From Alphaproteobacteria bacterium (GTDB lineage Bacteria > Pseudomonadota > Alphaproteobacteria > JACZXZ01), in assembly GCA_052143835.1 (NCBI GenBank), contig JBKQRV010000145.1:1960-65959 (forward strand): 64,000 nucleotides of DNA, in the 5' to 3' direction. Shown here in pieces: positions 19,279 through 29,373 of this stretch. Made by a program: the position numbers and the translations under genes. The notes under the pieces are model-generated. The model did not search any database. It had not been told where the DNA came from and saw nothing but the letters and a program-made list of their open reading frames with translations. Every line of letters begins with the position of its first letter. Within the stretch, counting starts at the first letter, position 1.

Positions 19279-20099
19279 CTCCAGAGTCATCAGTGTCCGG
19301 AATAACCGGACATTATATGTTGGTTCAGAGGCACCGTGTTTACTGGGAGGAGGCTGGTACCGGAACGCCCCTCATCTGCATTCACACGGCAGGCCAGAGC
19401 GGCCTCCAATGGCGCTTCACGCTCCCATATTTTGCTGAACGAGGTTTTCGAGCTATCGCGGTGGATCTACCCGGGCACGGCAAGTCCCTTCTTGCCGACT
19501 GGAAGCCGATCAGTGTTCTTCATGAATACGCTGAGATCGTCTGGGATCTGTCACAGGGACTAGGTCTTGTGCGACCTCTTGTTATGGGGTGCTCGATTGG
19601 CGCGAACATCGCCTTGGATCTTGGAGTCAACCATCCCGATGGCGTCCGTGGACTCGTAGTCTGCGACGGCGCAGCGCACACTCCCACGGTCCCGGAGGGA
19701 GCAATTCAGTTCATGCTCGAGGACGCCGGCATGCCGAGCGCCGGGGATCAGGCGTATTATGGAGCGATCGGCGTCTGCGGCTCCAAGGCGCCCGCCGAAC
19801 GTGTCGCCGAAATTGCGTGGACAGCGCGCTCGCGCGATCCGAAGGTGCAGGGACATGACCTATTGGGTTGGATTCATCACGATCTGCGTGATCACCTCAA
19901 TCGGATCTCATGCCCAGTCCTTTTGGTTCGTGGTGAGGAAGATTTCATGCTGCCACACTCCCTAATCCAGAGTACCCATGAGGCGATCTCAGGATCGGAG
20001 TTAGTCGAAATCCGTGGGATCGGCCACTTTCCACACATGGAGTACCCTGCGTTCCTGCCGTTAGTGCACGATTTCCTGCGAACACGCGGCCTAACGTAA
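19275..20099 (+). CDS. Alpha/beta fold hydrolase
   Basis: Motifs CIHTAG, DLPGHGKS, GCSIG and GHFPHME; same subfamily as 4974-5774. Confidence 0.9.
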   Translation: MTPESSVSGITGHYMLVQRHRVYWEEAGTGTPLICIHTAGQSGLQWRFTLPYFAERGFRAIAVDLPGHGKSLLADWKPISVLHEYAEIVWDLSQGLGLVRPLVMGCSIGANIALDLGVNHPDGVRGLVVCDGAAHTPTVPEGAIQFMLEDAGMPSAGDQAYYGAIGVCGSKAPAERVAEIAWTARSRDPKVQGHDLLGWIHHDLRDHLNRISCPVLLVRGEEDFMLPHSLIQSTHEAISGSELVEIRGIGHFPHMEYPAFLPLVHDFLRTRGLT

Positions 20100-20319
20100 A
20101 TTTTCGTTCCATTTCGGAGCCGCCGCTCTCATTGCTTTGCGAGGGAATAGTTGTCGTCAGAAGGGGGCGACCGAGCGCAAAGCACCGCAGCGGGAAGCCG
20201 TCTACGCCGAACTTCTAATTAGCAAAGTCAGCAAGCCGCTGAACCGACTCGATAAAATCGGTCTGACCCGTCTTCGACAGTTCCGACAGTGCGCCGTCTT
20301 GAAAGTAATTGAGTTTGTT

Positions 20320-20480
20320 GGTTCATCAAAAGAATCTGTGGGCGACTCGCGGCTCTGGGAGCTCGGCAACTGCTTGATACAGCGCGATTTCGGTGATGCC
20401 GAAGGTACGGAAGCTGTAAGATTTTCGCATGATCAGTTTGGCCTTGTTGTTCATACCCTCGACGCCGCCGCTGGGGCCAG
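20320..20480 (-). mobile_element. ISL3-family transposase C-terminal remnant with right end
   Basis: SGGVEGMNNKAKLIMRKSYSFRTF...ALYQAVAELPEP..AHRFF*, followed by an end resembling an ISL3 IR (GGTTCATCAAAAGAAT). Confidence 0.8.
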
Positions 20481-20541
20481 CCGAAAGCCGCCACCCGCAG
20501 CACCGCACAAGAAGCTCTGCGTTCCGGTTTGCGATATTTCG

Positions 20542-20673
20542 GGCATCATGCTCGACCGCGCGCTCGCCGATCGCAAGCTGCGGCCGCTCCTCGAGGATGC
20601 GGCGAGGACGCTCGCGAGCAAGCGGCGCAAGCGCGCCCAGCACAAGAGGAAGCGGCTCCAAAGTGCCGCGTGA
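20542..20673 (+). pseudogene. Orphan 3' stump of an unidentified gene
   Basis: High-GC, codon-biased tail GIMLDRALADRKLRPLLEDAARTLASKRRKR...* converging on the dehydrogenase; the 5' part is replaced by IS debris. Confidence 0.45.
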
Positions 20674-20697
20674 GCGCGGCCCGCGTGACACGGGCGC

Positions 20698-21687
20698 CTA
20701 ACCGAGCGCCTCCTGGTTGATCACGTTCTCGCGGATCGGCTGACCGTCGAACACGCTCAGGGTGTTGCGTACCGCCGCGAGCGCCATGCGGGCGACGGCC
20801 TCGACGGTGACGCCCGCCATGTGAGGCGCGGTGACGACGTTCGGAAGCTTGAGCAGCGGGTTGTCGATCGGCGTCGGCTCGACCGCGAAGACGTCGAGCC
20901 CCGCACCTGCGAGCCGGCCCTCGCTGAGGGCGGCATGGAGTGCCGTCTCCTCGATGATGCCGCCGCGCGCGGTATTGATGAGGTAGGCGGTCGGCTTCAT
21001 GCGTCGCAGCCTTGCGTCATCGAACATGGCGAGCGTCTCCGGCGTCTTCGGGCAATGGAGGGTGACGAAGTCGGCCTCCGCGACGGCCGCGTCGAGATCG
21101 CTTGCCGGCTCGCACCCCGCCGCGCGCACGCTCTCCGCCGCCACATAGGGGTCGTAGACGAGGACCCGCATCTCCATGGCGAGGCAGCGTTTGGCCGTGC
21201 GCGTGCCGATGCGGCCGAAGCCCACGATGAGCGCGGTCTTGCCGAGAAGATCGACGGGCTTCACCTTGAGCCGCTCGGGCCAGCGCCCCTCCTTGACCAG
21301 CGCGTCGAAGTGCGCACCCCGCCGCGCCAAGGTCATCATGAAGAAGATCGCCTGCTCCGCGACCGAGGGCGAATTGGCGATGCCGACGACCATCAGCGGG
21401 ATCCGCCTTTTGGTCAGCGCCGGCACGTCCACCGAGTCGTAGCCGACGCCGATGCGCGCCACGACCTGGAGCCGCGGCGCTTCGGCAAGCTCCGCCTCGC
21501 CGAAGCGCATCGGCCCGATGACGACGCCGTCGACCCCGCCCTCCGCCCGGATGCGCAGGACGAAGTCCGCGGGCTTGATGAGATGGGAAAAGGATGCGGC
21601 CTCGATGTCGTCACGCGCAGCCAGCAGGTCCCAGCCGGCCTTGCCCATGCTATCGGAGATCAAAAGCTTCTTCTTATTGGTCGTCAT
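20698..21687 (-). CDS. D-isomer-specific 2-hydroxyacid dehydrogenase (SerA-like, no ACT domain)
   Basis: Motifs ARIGVGYDSVD, GFGRIG, INTARGGII, GAGLDVFAVEP and APHMAG. GAGGAG RBS before ATG 21687. Confidence 0.93.
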   Translation of the reverse strand: MTTNKKKLLISDSMGKAGWDLLAARDDIEAASFSHLIKPADFVLRIRAEGGVDGVVIGPMRFGEAELAEAPRLQVVARIGVGYDSVDVPALTKRRIPLMVVGIANSPSVAEQAIFFMMTLARRGAHFDALVKEGRWPERLKVKPVDLLGKTALIVGFGRIGTRTAKRCLAMEMRVLVYDPYVAAESVRAAGCEPASDLDAAVAEADFVTLHCPKTPETLAMFDDARLRRMKPTAYLINTARGGIIEETALHAALSEGRLAGAGLDVFAVEPTPIDNPLLKLPNVVTAPHMAGVTVEAVARMALAAVRNTLSVFDGQPIRENVINQEALG

Positions 21688-22083
21688 GCCTTGCTCCTCA
21701 TCGCTTGCCGCAAAACGCTCGCCCCGAAATTGGCCAGATGGCCGACAAACCTGCCCGTCCTTGGGGAGCGTACGCCCATCGCGGTTGCCGATAAAGCCGG
21801 AGCTCGACTTTGCTGCGCTAAATTCGAGAAAGCCGTCGTCCGCAGGGGCAAGCCGACCCTCCGGGCCGGAAAACCGGGCGCGCCTCCTCGGTGGGCATCG
21901 AGTGATCGGATCGATGGCGGCGTTCAACATCGAGCCGGCGGCCGTGGTTGGAGGTCGTCGATCATCTCCAGGATGCGGACGAACAGACCACGCGGCACCG
22001 CCACATCGGCCATTTGGAAGATCGTGTAGCGGGCGTGGGCAATGACCTTCGTGCAGCATAACCACGCAAAGGCTTCGCCTGGG

Positions 22084-22119
22084 CGACATAGTACGAAATA
22101 TGCCTTTTCTACTAAGTCG
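22084..22119. repeat. 36-bp inverted-repeat site, copy 2
   Basis: CGACATAGTACGAAA-TATGCC-TTTTCTACTAAGTCG, extended by flanking GGG/CCC. Confidence 0.8.
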
Positions 22120-22577
22120 CCCTTTTTGGCCTGTCACCGATCGGGAAAGCCGACGAGAGTCTGCTGACTGGGCATGACCCGACATCGCGCAGACATGCCC
22201 GTACCGCTGCCTTTGACCCTATACATCGCGCGGCTGTCTAAACATCGCTATCGCCTCGCCGCAGTGTCGCTTACGCGCGCATTCACCTTCGACAACAAGG
22301 GCATGAGCCAGCACTATGCGCTTCCAAACATCCCATCGTTTTCACAATTCAACGATCTCGCCGAGAACAGCCTTGGAAGAGTTCTCTCATGCTGAGAGTG
22401 GGGTGACACGCTTCCGGCCTAACGTTGAGCAAATCACAGTGATGAACGAATCGACGCGAACTTGGCTGATGATAGGCACAATGATGTCGAATTGCGATTC
22501 CCGCTGAATGGGGCGGGCTGCGCGCATCTCGCGTCGCTTATAACATCGCCTGCAGCTAACCCGGTATAACAGGACCT

Positions 22578-22883
22578 CTATTCGGGGGCCGTTTTTGGAG
22601 GCGAGGCCAACCGTTGATACTCCTCGTCGCTAAGGCGCCAAGAAGCAGTAGATTCAGCGAGTCGATGAGCCTGCACGTGCAAATAATGGCGCGCTACTTG
22701 AATAAGGTTTTCATCGGAAAAAGTGGTCCGATCGACGAAGACGGGGAATTCGGGACCGACCCTGCCGATTTGGAATACTACTTTTGACCAATCGGCCGGT
22801 TGCCCAGGTCCAGCCGGTGAAACTACCTCACTGATTGAGAGAATCTTTATCTGTCGTTGATCTAGTTTATTCGATTCGCTCAT
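22578..22883 (-). CDS. Hypothetical protein (possible IS1595 passenger gene)
   Basis: 101 aa, GGAGGA RBS, lower GC; directly downstream of the IS1595 remnant in the same orientation. Confidence 0.6.
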   Translation of the reverse strand: MSESNKLDQRQIKILSISEVVSPAGPGQPADWSKVVFQIGRVGPEFPVFVDRTTFSDENLIQVARHYLHVQAHRLAESTASWRLSDEEYQRLASPPKTAPE

Positions 22884-22921
22884 TTCTTTTCCTCCAACGA
22901 AGAAACGCCTTTGCCATCTAC

Positions 22922-23096
22922 TTAGGCGTTCGCGGTTTTGTCATTCCGCCGGTAGGTCAGCCTCTTGCCGACGATGCCTTTGAGCGCCTTGGCCGCGCGC
23001 TCCGAGTCGGTAACATTGAGCGCCGCGCGAACGTTGTATCAGAAACCGAGTTCCGCAAGGTAGCGCTTGAGATGCTATTGGCCGACGTGATGGTAC
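22922..23096 (-). mobile_element. IS1595-family transposase pseudogene fragment
   Basis: Hand translation YHHVGQ*HLKRYLAELGF*YNVRAALNVTDSERAAKALKGIVGKRLTYRR is an IS1595 C-terminus with two in-frame stops. Not in the ORF track. Confidence 0.82.
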
Positions 23097-23189
23097 CCGC
23101 CCTCACCTCGATCATTTTCAGTGCACCCAACCGGTCGATCTGTTCAGGGCCATTTGCCCCGAGCGAGGCGCCGCGGCGGCGGTGGTTTT

Positions 23190-23556
23190 GCCACCTGCAA
23201 TACGCGCGTCATGCAGTTCCACATCGACGGAAGCTCAACCCAGCTCACGCCTAGAGCCCATGCCATGCTGCTGCCCGATCGCGCCGGATGGTACACCGCC
23301 GAAGCTCTCGCAATCCCGAAGAACATCACGCCTCTGCTGCTGCCGCCGAGATCGCCCGAGCTCAATCCGGTCGAGAACGTCCGGCAGCGAATGCGTCGGA
23401 ACCGGCTGACCAACTGCGTCTTCAAGACCTACGACGACATCGTCGGCTTGTGCTGCGAGACCTGGACCAAGCTCATCGGTCGCACGTGGACCCTTATGTC
23501 CATCTGTATGCCCGACTGGGCTACAACCGGTCAGGTTCAGTGACTGCTGGTGTAAG
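23190..23556 (+). mobile_element. IS630-family transposase remnant
   Basis: HAMLLPDRAGWY...PKNITPLLLPPRSPELNPVENV...N.VFKTYDDIV (DDE_3 motif); N-terminus missing. Confidence 0.85.
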
Positions 23557-23633
23557 CCAATGTTTTGTGATTGTCGCGGGCATCCTCCGTCAAGTGCTGG
23601 ACGCATGGGTTCGAGGCTTCCGGGTCCGGGACA

Positions 23634-24785
23634 TCAGAATGAGCGGGGCAGCCCGAGCCAGCGTTCAGCCAACAAGTTCCGTACCATGTCGTTGGTCAGC
23701 GGGGCGAAGATGTAAACCCTGATGTCGCGGAAATAGCGCTGCATCGGCAGATCCATGTCGACGCCGGCCCCACCCATGACTTCCATGCCGGCATCAGTCG
23801 CTGCTAATGCCGCAGTGGAAGCGGCCAGCTTCGCCATGTTGGAGATGACCTCCGTGGCCTCGTCCGCCGCATCCTTCGCCGCGGCAGCCATGGTGAGCAT
23901 CCATGCGGCTTCCAGATCGACGCCTATCGTAACCAGACGATGCTGCAGCGCCTGGAACTGACCGATGGGGCGGCCAAAAGCGTGACGTTCCCGCGCATAG
24001 GCGACCGCGACCTGGTGCGCCCCTCTGCCGATGCCAATGGCGACCGCAGCGGCATTCATGCGTTCGCCGTTCAGCGTAGCCAGGACGTGGTTGAATCCTT
24101 GGTCCAATTGGCCTAGGAGCGCATCTTGCGGTAGATTGACATCCGAGAATCCCACTTCGCAGGTGTCGTAGCTGTTGAAAACCAAGGTCCGCAGTTCGCT
24201 GGCGATGACGCCTGGCATCTTCGTGGGGACGAGGAACATCGAGATGCCCCGGCGGTCGTTGCCGGTGCGGGCAAGCACAACGAGCAGGTCGGAGCGGGTG
24301 GCGCCGCTGATCCACATCTTGGCGCCATTCAGAACCCAACCAGTATCCGTTGCCCTCGCTTTGGTCCGCATCGATCCCAGGATATCGGTGCCGCCGCCGA
24401 CCTCGGTCAGGCAAAAGGATGCGCGGATTTCCCCTCTGCATAACGGGGCCAGATACTTTTCACGTTGTTCGGGGGTGCCGTGATCGCGCAACAGCCGCGT
24501 TACCATGAACTGCACCACGGTGAACACCGCCATCGAGGTCGCCATGCGGCCCAGGATTTCGACGGCCAGCACCTGTTCGATCGCACCACCTTCCGACCCG
24601 CCCATGGATTGGGAAACGCCCAGGCCGAGGACGCCCAATTCCGCCAAGGCGCGATGCAACTCGAAATCGAAATCCTTGGCATTGTCCAGCTTCTGAACAC
24701 GCGCCACTGGAGCCACGCGGACGACGGTTCTTTCCACCGTGTCGCAGAACAGACTTTGCTCCTCGGTGAGGGTAGTTAGGCTCAT
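23634..24785 (-). CDS. Acyl-CoA dehydrogenase
   Basis: Motifs FCLTEVGGGTD, LNGAKMWIS, RHAFGRPIGQFQALQH and MQRYFRD. Confidence 0.93.
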   Translation of the reverse strand: MSLTTLTEEQSLFCDTVERTVVRVAPVARVQKLDNAKDFDFELHRALAELGVLGLGVSQSMGGSEGGAIEQVLAVEILGRMATSMAVFTVVQFMVTRLLRDHGTPEQREKYLAPLCRGEIRASFCLTEVGGGTDILGSMRTKARATDTGWVLNGAKMWISGATRSDLLVVLARTGNDRRGISMFLVPTKMPGVIASELRTLVFNSYDTCEVGFSDVNLPQDALLGQLDQGFNHVLATLNGERMNAAAVAIGIGRGAHQVAVAYARERHAFGRPIGQFQALQHRLVTIGVDLEAAWMLTMAAAAKDAADEATEVISNMAKLAASTAALAATDAGMEVMGGAGVDMDLPMQRYFRDIRVYIFAPLTNDMVRNLLAERWLGLPRSF

Positions 24786-25229
24786 CCCATTCTCCACTGC
24801 TCTCGCATATCAGGGTGCTCACGAGGGGCTGGAACGCAGGCTGCTCGGGGACCGGTGAATGTCGTTGGCATCCTCCTCACGCTTGCAGCGCTCCGCCCTC
24901 GTGCCACGTTCCCATAGGTAACGTCGTGGGGTTGACTGCTGCTTCTTGAACTTTGAGTAAAGCGTCTCTGTCATGCTGAGCCAAGGCTATAAATGTCGAT
25001 GTCTTGAACCGAATTCTCGACTTCGGCTACTCGATCTCTGTCCGCGCCGCAAGAGCAATCGGTGCTGAATGCTCAAGTGCGTCCCCCGGAACGTCCGTGC
25101 AACACGCAGCTACTCGGCCGGCCTACGAAACTCCCTGGACCATGGCAATTCACTGCGGCTCAGTATTATTAGGCGCTTGATTTTCGGCATCGCTGCTCCC
25201 CTCGGACGGAGCAATACAGATGCCGCCTG

Positions 25230-26015
25230 TCAGCGCCATTTCGAGAAATCCGGCGCCCGCTTCTCCAAGAAGGCGCGAGCACCTTCCTGCTGCTCGCCGG
25301 TCTCGAAAAAGTCCGGCGCGAATTTGGCCACCATGTCCGAGACGTGCGTGCCCATGTATGGATCCATGGTCAGGCGGAACGATGCTTTCACGATGCGCAG
25401 CACCGTGGGGCTCAAGCCGAGGAGTTCTTTGCACCAGCGGGACACCTCAGCATCCAGCTCGGACTGCGGCACCACCGCGTTTATCAAGCCCCAAGCCAGC
25501 GCCTGTTGCGCCGTGTAGCGGCGACACAGCATCCACATCTCGCGTGCCCGCTTATGACCAATGACCGCCGCCGAATGGCTCACCGCGTAACCGCCGGCCG
25601 GGGAGCCGACGCGCGGGCCATTCTGGCCGAAGATGGAATGGTCCGCCGCGATGGTGAAATCGCAGCAATAGGCGAGGTGATTCCCGCCACCGATGCAATA
25701 GCCGCTTACGCGTGCTATGACCGGCTTCGGACAGTCGATGATCTGCGCACCGAGATGGAAGTCCAGGCCCTTGAGGCCTCCCTCTGCTTCCCATGCCATG
25801 TCGCCACCGGAGCTGAAAGCGCGCTCGCCGGTGCCGGTCATCACAATGACGCCGACAGCGCGGTCGTTGGTCGCCCGCCGCACCGCGTCCTCCATCTCGG
25901 TGATCGTGTGTCCGGTGAAGGCATTCAGCCGCTTCGGACGATTGATGGTGATGGTCGCGACGCCCTCGGCAACTCCGTATAGAATGTCGGTGTAGCTCTT
26001 GCTTTGCTCGCTCAT
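25230..26015 (-). CDS. Crotonase-family enzyme, MenB/BadI-like (ring-opening hydrolase)
   Basis: Motifs GTGERAFSSGGD, GYCIGGGN, FGQNGPRVGS, KRAREMWMLCRRYTA and EG..AFLEKRAPDF. Confidence 0.85.
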   Translation of the reverse strand: MSEQSKSYTDILYGVAEGVATITINRPKRLNAFTGHTITEMEDAVRRATNDRAVGVIVMTGTGERAFSSGGDMAWEAEGGLKGLDFHLGAQIIDCPKPVIARVSGYCIGGGNHLAYCCDFTIAADHSIFGQNGPRVGSPAGGYAVSHSAAVIGHKRAREMWMLCRRYTAQQALAWGLINAVVPQSELDAEVSRWCKELLGLSPTVLRIVKASFRLTMDPYMGTHVSDMVAKFAPDFFETGEQQEGARAFLEKRAPDFSKWR

Positions 26016-26109
26016 AAGTCGTCCTCACCCAGATACAATTGCACAGATGACAGCCCAGAATGATGCGCCGCGCGTTCGCGCGACCGACAAGCTATCTCGG
26101 CGCCGACAT

Positions 26110-26838
26110 TCATTCCGAGTGGCGCTGCGAGTTTTGTGGCTGCGACATGAGGGCGAGGATGTCGTCCATTTCCTCTCGCCGCAGCTCGGCATGAAGACGC
26201 ATCCCCTCCTCCGCCTGAACGCTGTCGCCGAGGACGATAGCATCCACCACCTTCGAGTTTTCTTCGTACGAGGTCTTCACCGGCAGATGCATGCGCGCGA
26301 GGTATCTGCGATAAGCGCAAAGGCACGTGCGGATGTTGCGGGCCGTCTCGACCAGGAAGTCGTTGTGAGCACCCTCGTAAATGGCATCGTGCAAGGCCGT
26401 CGCCTTTTCGAAATAATCTCGGAGATCTCCTTTCTTGATGCAAATCGCCGTCTCGTCCCGAAGCGCCTTCAATTTCTCCCGCTCGGCCAGGCTCATGCGT
26501 CGAGCAGCGAGACGCGCGGCGAGAATCTTGAGGTCCGCCATCACCTCGAGGATCCCGATCAACCTGCCCGGCGTCATCTCGGCGACAAACGCGCCCTGAT
26601 TACGGCGGATTTTCACGAGCCCGGAGGCCGACAGGCGAACCAGCGCCTCTCGGATCGGGGTCCGGGAGACGCCAAAGCGCTCCGCGAGCAGCCGTTCGTC
26701 CAGTCGTTGCCCAGGGAGGATCTTGCCGGAAACGATGTCATCCTCGATTTTCCGCATGATGTCCTGTGTGCCATGCTGGCCCCGATCGGCGATCTCGTTC
26801 GAAATTTCGATCCGTTCTGTATCCATAATCTTAACCAT
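26110..26838 (-). CDS. GntR family regulator (FCD domain)
   Basis: PGQRLDERLLAERFGVSRTPIREAL. Confidence 0.92.
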   Translation of the reverse strand: MVKIMDTERIEISNEIADRGQHGTQDIMRKIEDDIVSGKILPGQRLDERLLAERFGVSRTPIREALVRLSASGLVKIRRNQGAFVAEMTPGRLIGILEVMADLKILAARLAARRMSLAEREKLKALRDETAICIKKGDLRDYFEKATALHDAIYEGAHNDFLVETARNIRTCLCAYRRYLARMHLPVKTSYEENSKVVDAIVLGDSVQAEEGMRLHAELRREEMDDILALMSQPQNSQRHSE

Positions 26839-27105
26839 TTACCTTACGTTGCTCCTCTCGACGGTCACCGTACCGGCAATTACCGCCCTCCGGCACACAG
26901 ACCATGGCGTGGACTGAGCCGAGCACAAGCCTTCCTGTTGGTTTCCTAAGCAGCCACCCGCCGGATAGCCCGTCAACTTGGCCTGCGCGAACGGGCTGCA
27001 CCGAGACACGGATGATGGCGATGCGGTGCGGGAGAGGCCTCCTTTGCTGCCGAGACCTCAGCCGTGCCGTACGGCGCATGAGGGTCTGCCGCCGGCAGGA
27101 CGGCC

Positions 27106-28323
27106 CTACTTCTTCACTAAGGGGCATTTGCTGTCGGCGAGAGAGCTGAAGGCCTGGTCGCCGGGGATGGTGCGAATGACCTTGTAGTAGTCCCAGGGGC
27201 CCTTCGATTCTGCCGGGCTCTTCACCTGCACAAGGTACATGTCGTGGATGACCCGCCCGTCGTCGCGAATCCTCGCATGGCGCGCGAAGAAATCATCCAG
27301 GGGGATCTTTTTCATGCTTGCGATGACCGCATGCGCCTCGTCAGTTCCCACGGCCTGCATGGCCTTGAGGTAATGGGTGACGGCGGAATAGAGGCCGGCC
27401 TGAACTTGGGTCGGCATTCGCCCCTTGAAGCGCTTCCCGAACCGCTCCCCGAACGCCCGGGTCGCGTTGTCATAGTCCCAATAGTAGGCGGTGGTGAGAT
27501 AAAGGCCTTGCGTCGCTTCCAGGCCAGCGCTGTGGATATCCGTGATGAACATTAGGAGCGCGGCAATGCGCTGATTCTTGGTTATGCCGAACTCCTGAGC
27601 TTGCTTCAGCGCATTGATGGCGTCGTGGCCGGTATTGGCGAGGCCGATGACCTGCGCCTTCGAGGCTTGGGCTTGTAGCAGAAAGGAGGAGAAGTCCGCC
27701 GTATTGATCGGCGCACGAACCGATCCCAACACCTCGCCGCCCGAGGCGATGACGGTCTGCGACGCATCATGCTCGATGGAGTACCCGAACGCATAATCGG
27801 CGGTCACGAAGAACCAAGTCTTGCCCCCTTCCGCGACAACCGCCTGGCTCGTCGAATGCGCCAGGGCATAGGTATCGAAGACCCACATCAATCCATTGGG
27901 CGAGCACTTCTCGTTTATCAGCTGCGTGGCTCCCACTCCGCCCATGAGGAAGACCCGGTTCTTCTCCTTCACAATCTCCTGGACCGCGAGAGCAACGGCC
28001 GAATTATTGCCGTCGACGATCGCGTCCACATGTTTGACATCGATCCACTCGCGCGCGATCTCCGAGGCGATATCAGGCTTGTTTTGGTGATCGGCGAAGA
28101 GCACCTCGATGGGCCTGCCTAGGACCTTGCCGCCGAAGTCCTCCACCGCCATGCGCACGCTTTCCACCCCTCCCATGCCAGAGACATCGGCATAGAGGCT
28201 CGATTGGTCATTGAGCACCGCGATGCGTACCACGTTGTCTGAGGTTTGGGCCCACGCTGGTTCCCAGCCGATGCTCCCCAGCGCGAGAAGCGACAGCAAT
28301 AAGCACCATGAGATGTTGCGCAA
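27106..28323 (-). CDS. ABC substrate-binding protein (orphan, Leu-binding superfamily)
   Basis: Motifs VLNDQSSLYAD, ADHQNKPDIA, WFFVTADYAFG and DFSSFLLQAQASKA. TTG start after AGGAAGGAG. Confidence 0.9.
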   Translation of the reverse strand: MRNISWCLLLSLLALGSIGWEPAWAQTSDNVVRIAVLNDQSSLYADVSGMGGVESVRMAVEDFGGKVLGRPIEVLFADHQNKPDIASEIAREWIDVKHVDAIVDGNNSAVALAVQEIVKEKNRVFLMGGVGATQLINEKCSPNGLMWVFDTYALAHSTSQAVVAEGGKTWFFVTADYAFGYSIEHDASQTVIASGGEVLGSVRAPINTADFSSFLLQAQASKAQVIGLANTGHDAINALKQAQEFGITKNQRIAALLMFITDIHSAGLEATQGLYLTTAYYWDYDNATRAFGERFGKRFKGRMPTQVQAGLYSAVTHYLKAMQAVGTDEAHAVIASMKKIPLDDFFARHARIRDDGRVIHDMYLVQVKSPAESKGPWDYYKVIRTIPGDQAFSSLADSKCPLVKK

Positions 28324-28499
28324 TGTGGTCTCCTTCCTACGTTTCGCCGCATCGGCTTGGTTGTTGGATGGCTTCGGGGTCTCCGCGTCACGGCACGAGC
28401 ATTCCTGCCGGCGGCGCCCACCACGAAGATGGCGGATCACCTCGTCTCGCACGCCATCCTCCGGTCCGCTGGCGAATGGCGATAGGGCAGACCACCCTG

Positions 28500-28693
28500 A
28501 GGAAGTGTTTTACCACATCGGAATATTGTATGCAATGCTATAAAATCGGTATTCTCATTAGCGGCATCGGTGTTGTCTTGGGCCGTGACAGACGACCCTG
28601 CCGCGGCCATGAGGAGCGCGGCGGCACTGTGGCCCGCCGAGCTGGCCCGTGCTCGGTATCAGCCACCCCGCTGGATGGGGGAAAACACTTCCT
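28500..28693. repeat. 20-bp inverted repeat pair
   Basis: AGGAAGTGTTTTACCACATC (28500-28519) matches the reverse complement of 28674-28693 (AGGAAGTGTTTTCCCCCATC) at 18/20. Confidence 0.65.
28525..28536. promoter_or_regulatory. Putative GntR operator
   Basis: ATTGTATGCAAT near-palindrome upstream of the SBP gene. Confidence 0.5.
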
Positions 28694-28905
28694 GGTCAAC
28701 ATCATATGAAGGCGCGCGGGGTCGACGATCGAGGCCAAGCCCAGGTCCGGCTCATCGAGGGAGAAGATGGCCATGGGCACTTCGTGTCAAATTGGGAGGC
28801 CGGCACTCCACCACGCCCGGGCATTATGCACCCGCTCCTGCGTCGGGCCCCATCTCGGCGGTTGGCCGCCGTACGATGCGGCCCGGCGCGGCCATACCGT
28901 GAGCA

Positions 28906-29358
28906 TCACCGGCCCTTGCGATACTTGGAGTCCGGAACGGCTGCGCCGAGAATCGGGCGAAATTTCGGGATCGACATTTCCATAGTGGCGGGCTCGAAAA
29001 CGACCTCGAGCGGGAGGTCGCACGCCAACTCATCCGGGCGCGCGCCGACGATGGTGCTCATGAGCATCGGCCCCTCAGCGAGCTCGACGAACGCCACCAC
29101 ATAGGGTGGCTCGAACTCTTTGAAATAGCGTCGATGCATGTTGATCCAGGACCACAGCCGACCCCTGCCCGAGGCTTGCTGAGCGTCGATGTCGGGCGAG
29201 AGGCATTGGGGGCAACGCATCGACGGCGGGAACCAGAAATGTCCGCACCGCAGGCAATGGGGCAATGCCAGCCGACCGTTTATGCTCGCCTCCCAGAACG
29301 CCCGGCTGGCCTGGGAGATCGCGGGAAGCGGCTTATTGTAGGGTGCGGGGTCTGCCAT
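28906..29358 (-). CDS. DUF35 (Zn-ribbon + OB-fold) protein
   Basis: FWEA...CLRCGH.WFPP..RCPQC, SGRGRLWSW and PYVVAFVELAEGP. Confidence 0.9.
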   Translation of the reverse strand: MADPAPYNKPLPAISQASRAFWEASINGRLALPHCLRCGHFWFPPSMRCPQCLSPDIDAQQASGRGRLWSWINMHRRYFKEFEPPYVVAFVELAEGPMLMSTIVGARPDELACDLPLEVVFEPATMEMSIPKFRPILGAAVPDSKYRKGR

Positions 29359-29373
29359 CCGGGGCCCTTTGGG

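Noticed and set aside
22415-22575. Integron attC-like half sites (GCCTAAC, TATAACATCGCCTGCAGCTAAC)
   Set aside because: No complementary GTTRRRY arm forming a full attC hairpin, and no integron integrase.
24800-25225. Gene or ncRNA in the 430-bp gap between the crotonase and the ACAD
   Set aside because: No convincing ORF, motif or structure recognised by eye.
25230-26015. menB (naphthoate synthase)
   Set aside because: No other men genes, and the catabolic CoA context favours a BadI-like hydrolase; no symbol assigned.
28538-28780. 80-aa ORF with an ACAD-like FSLDEPD snippet
   Set aside because: The similarity is too short to support a call.
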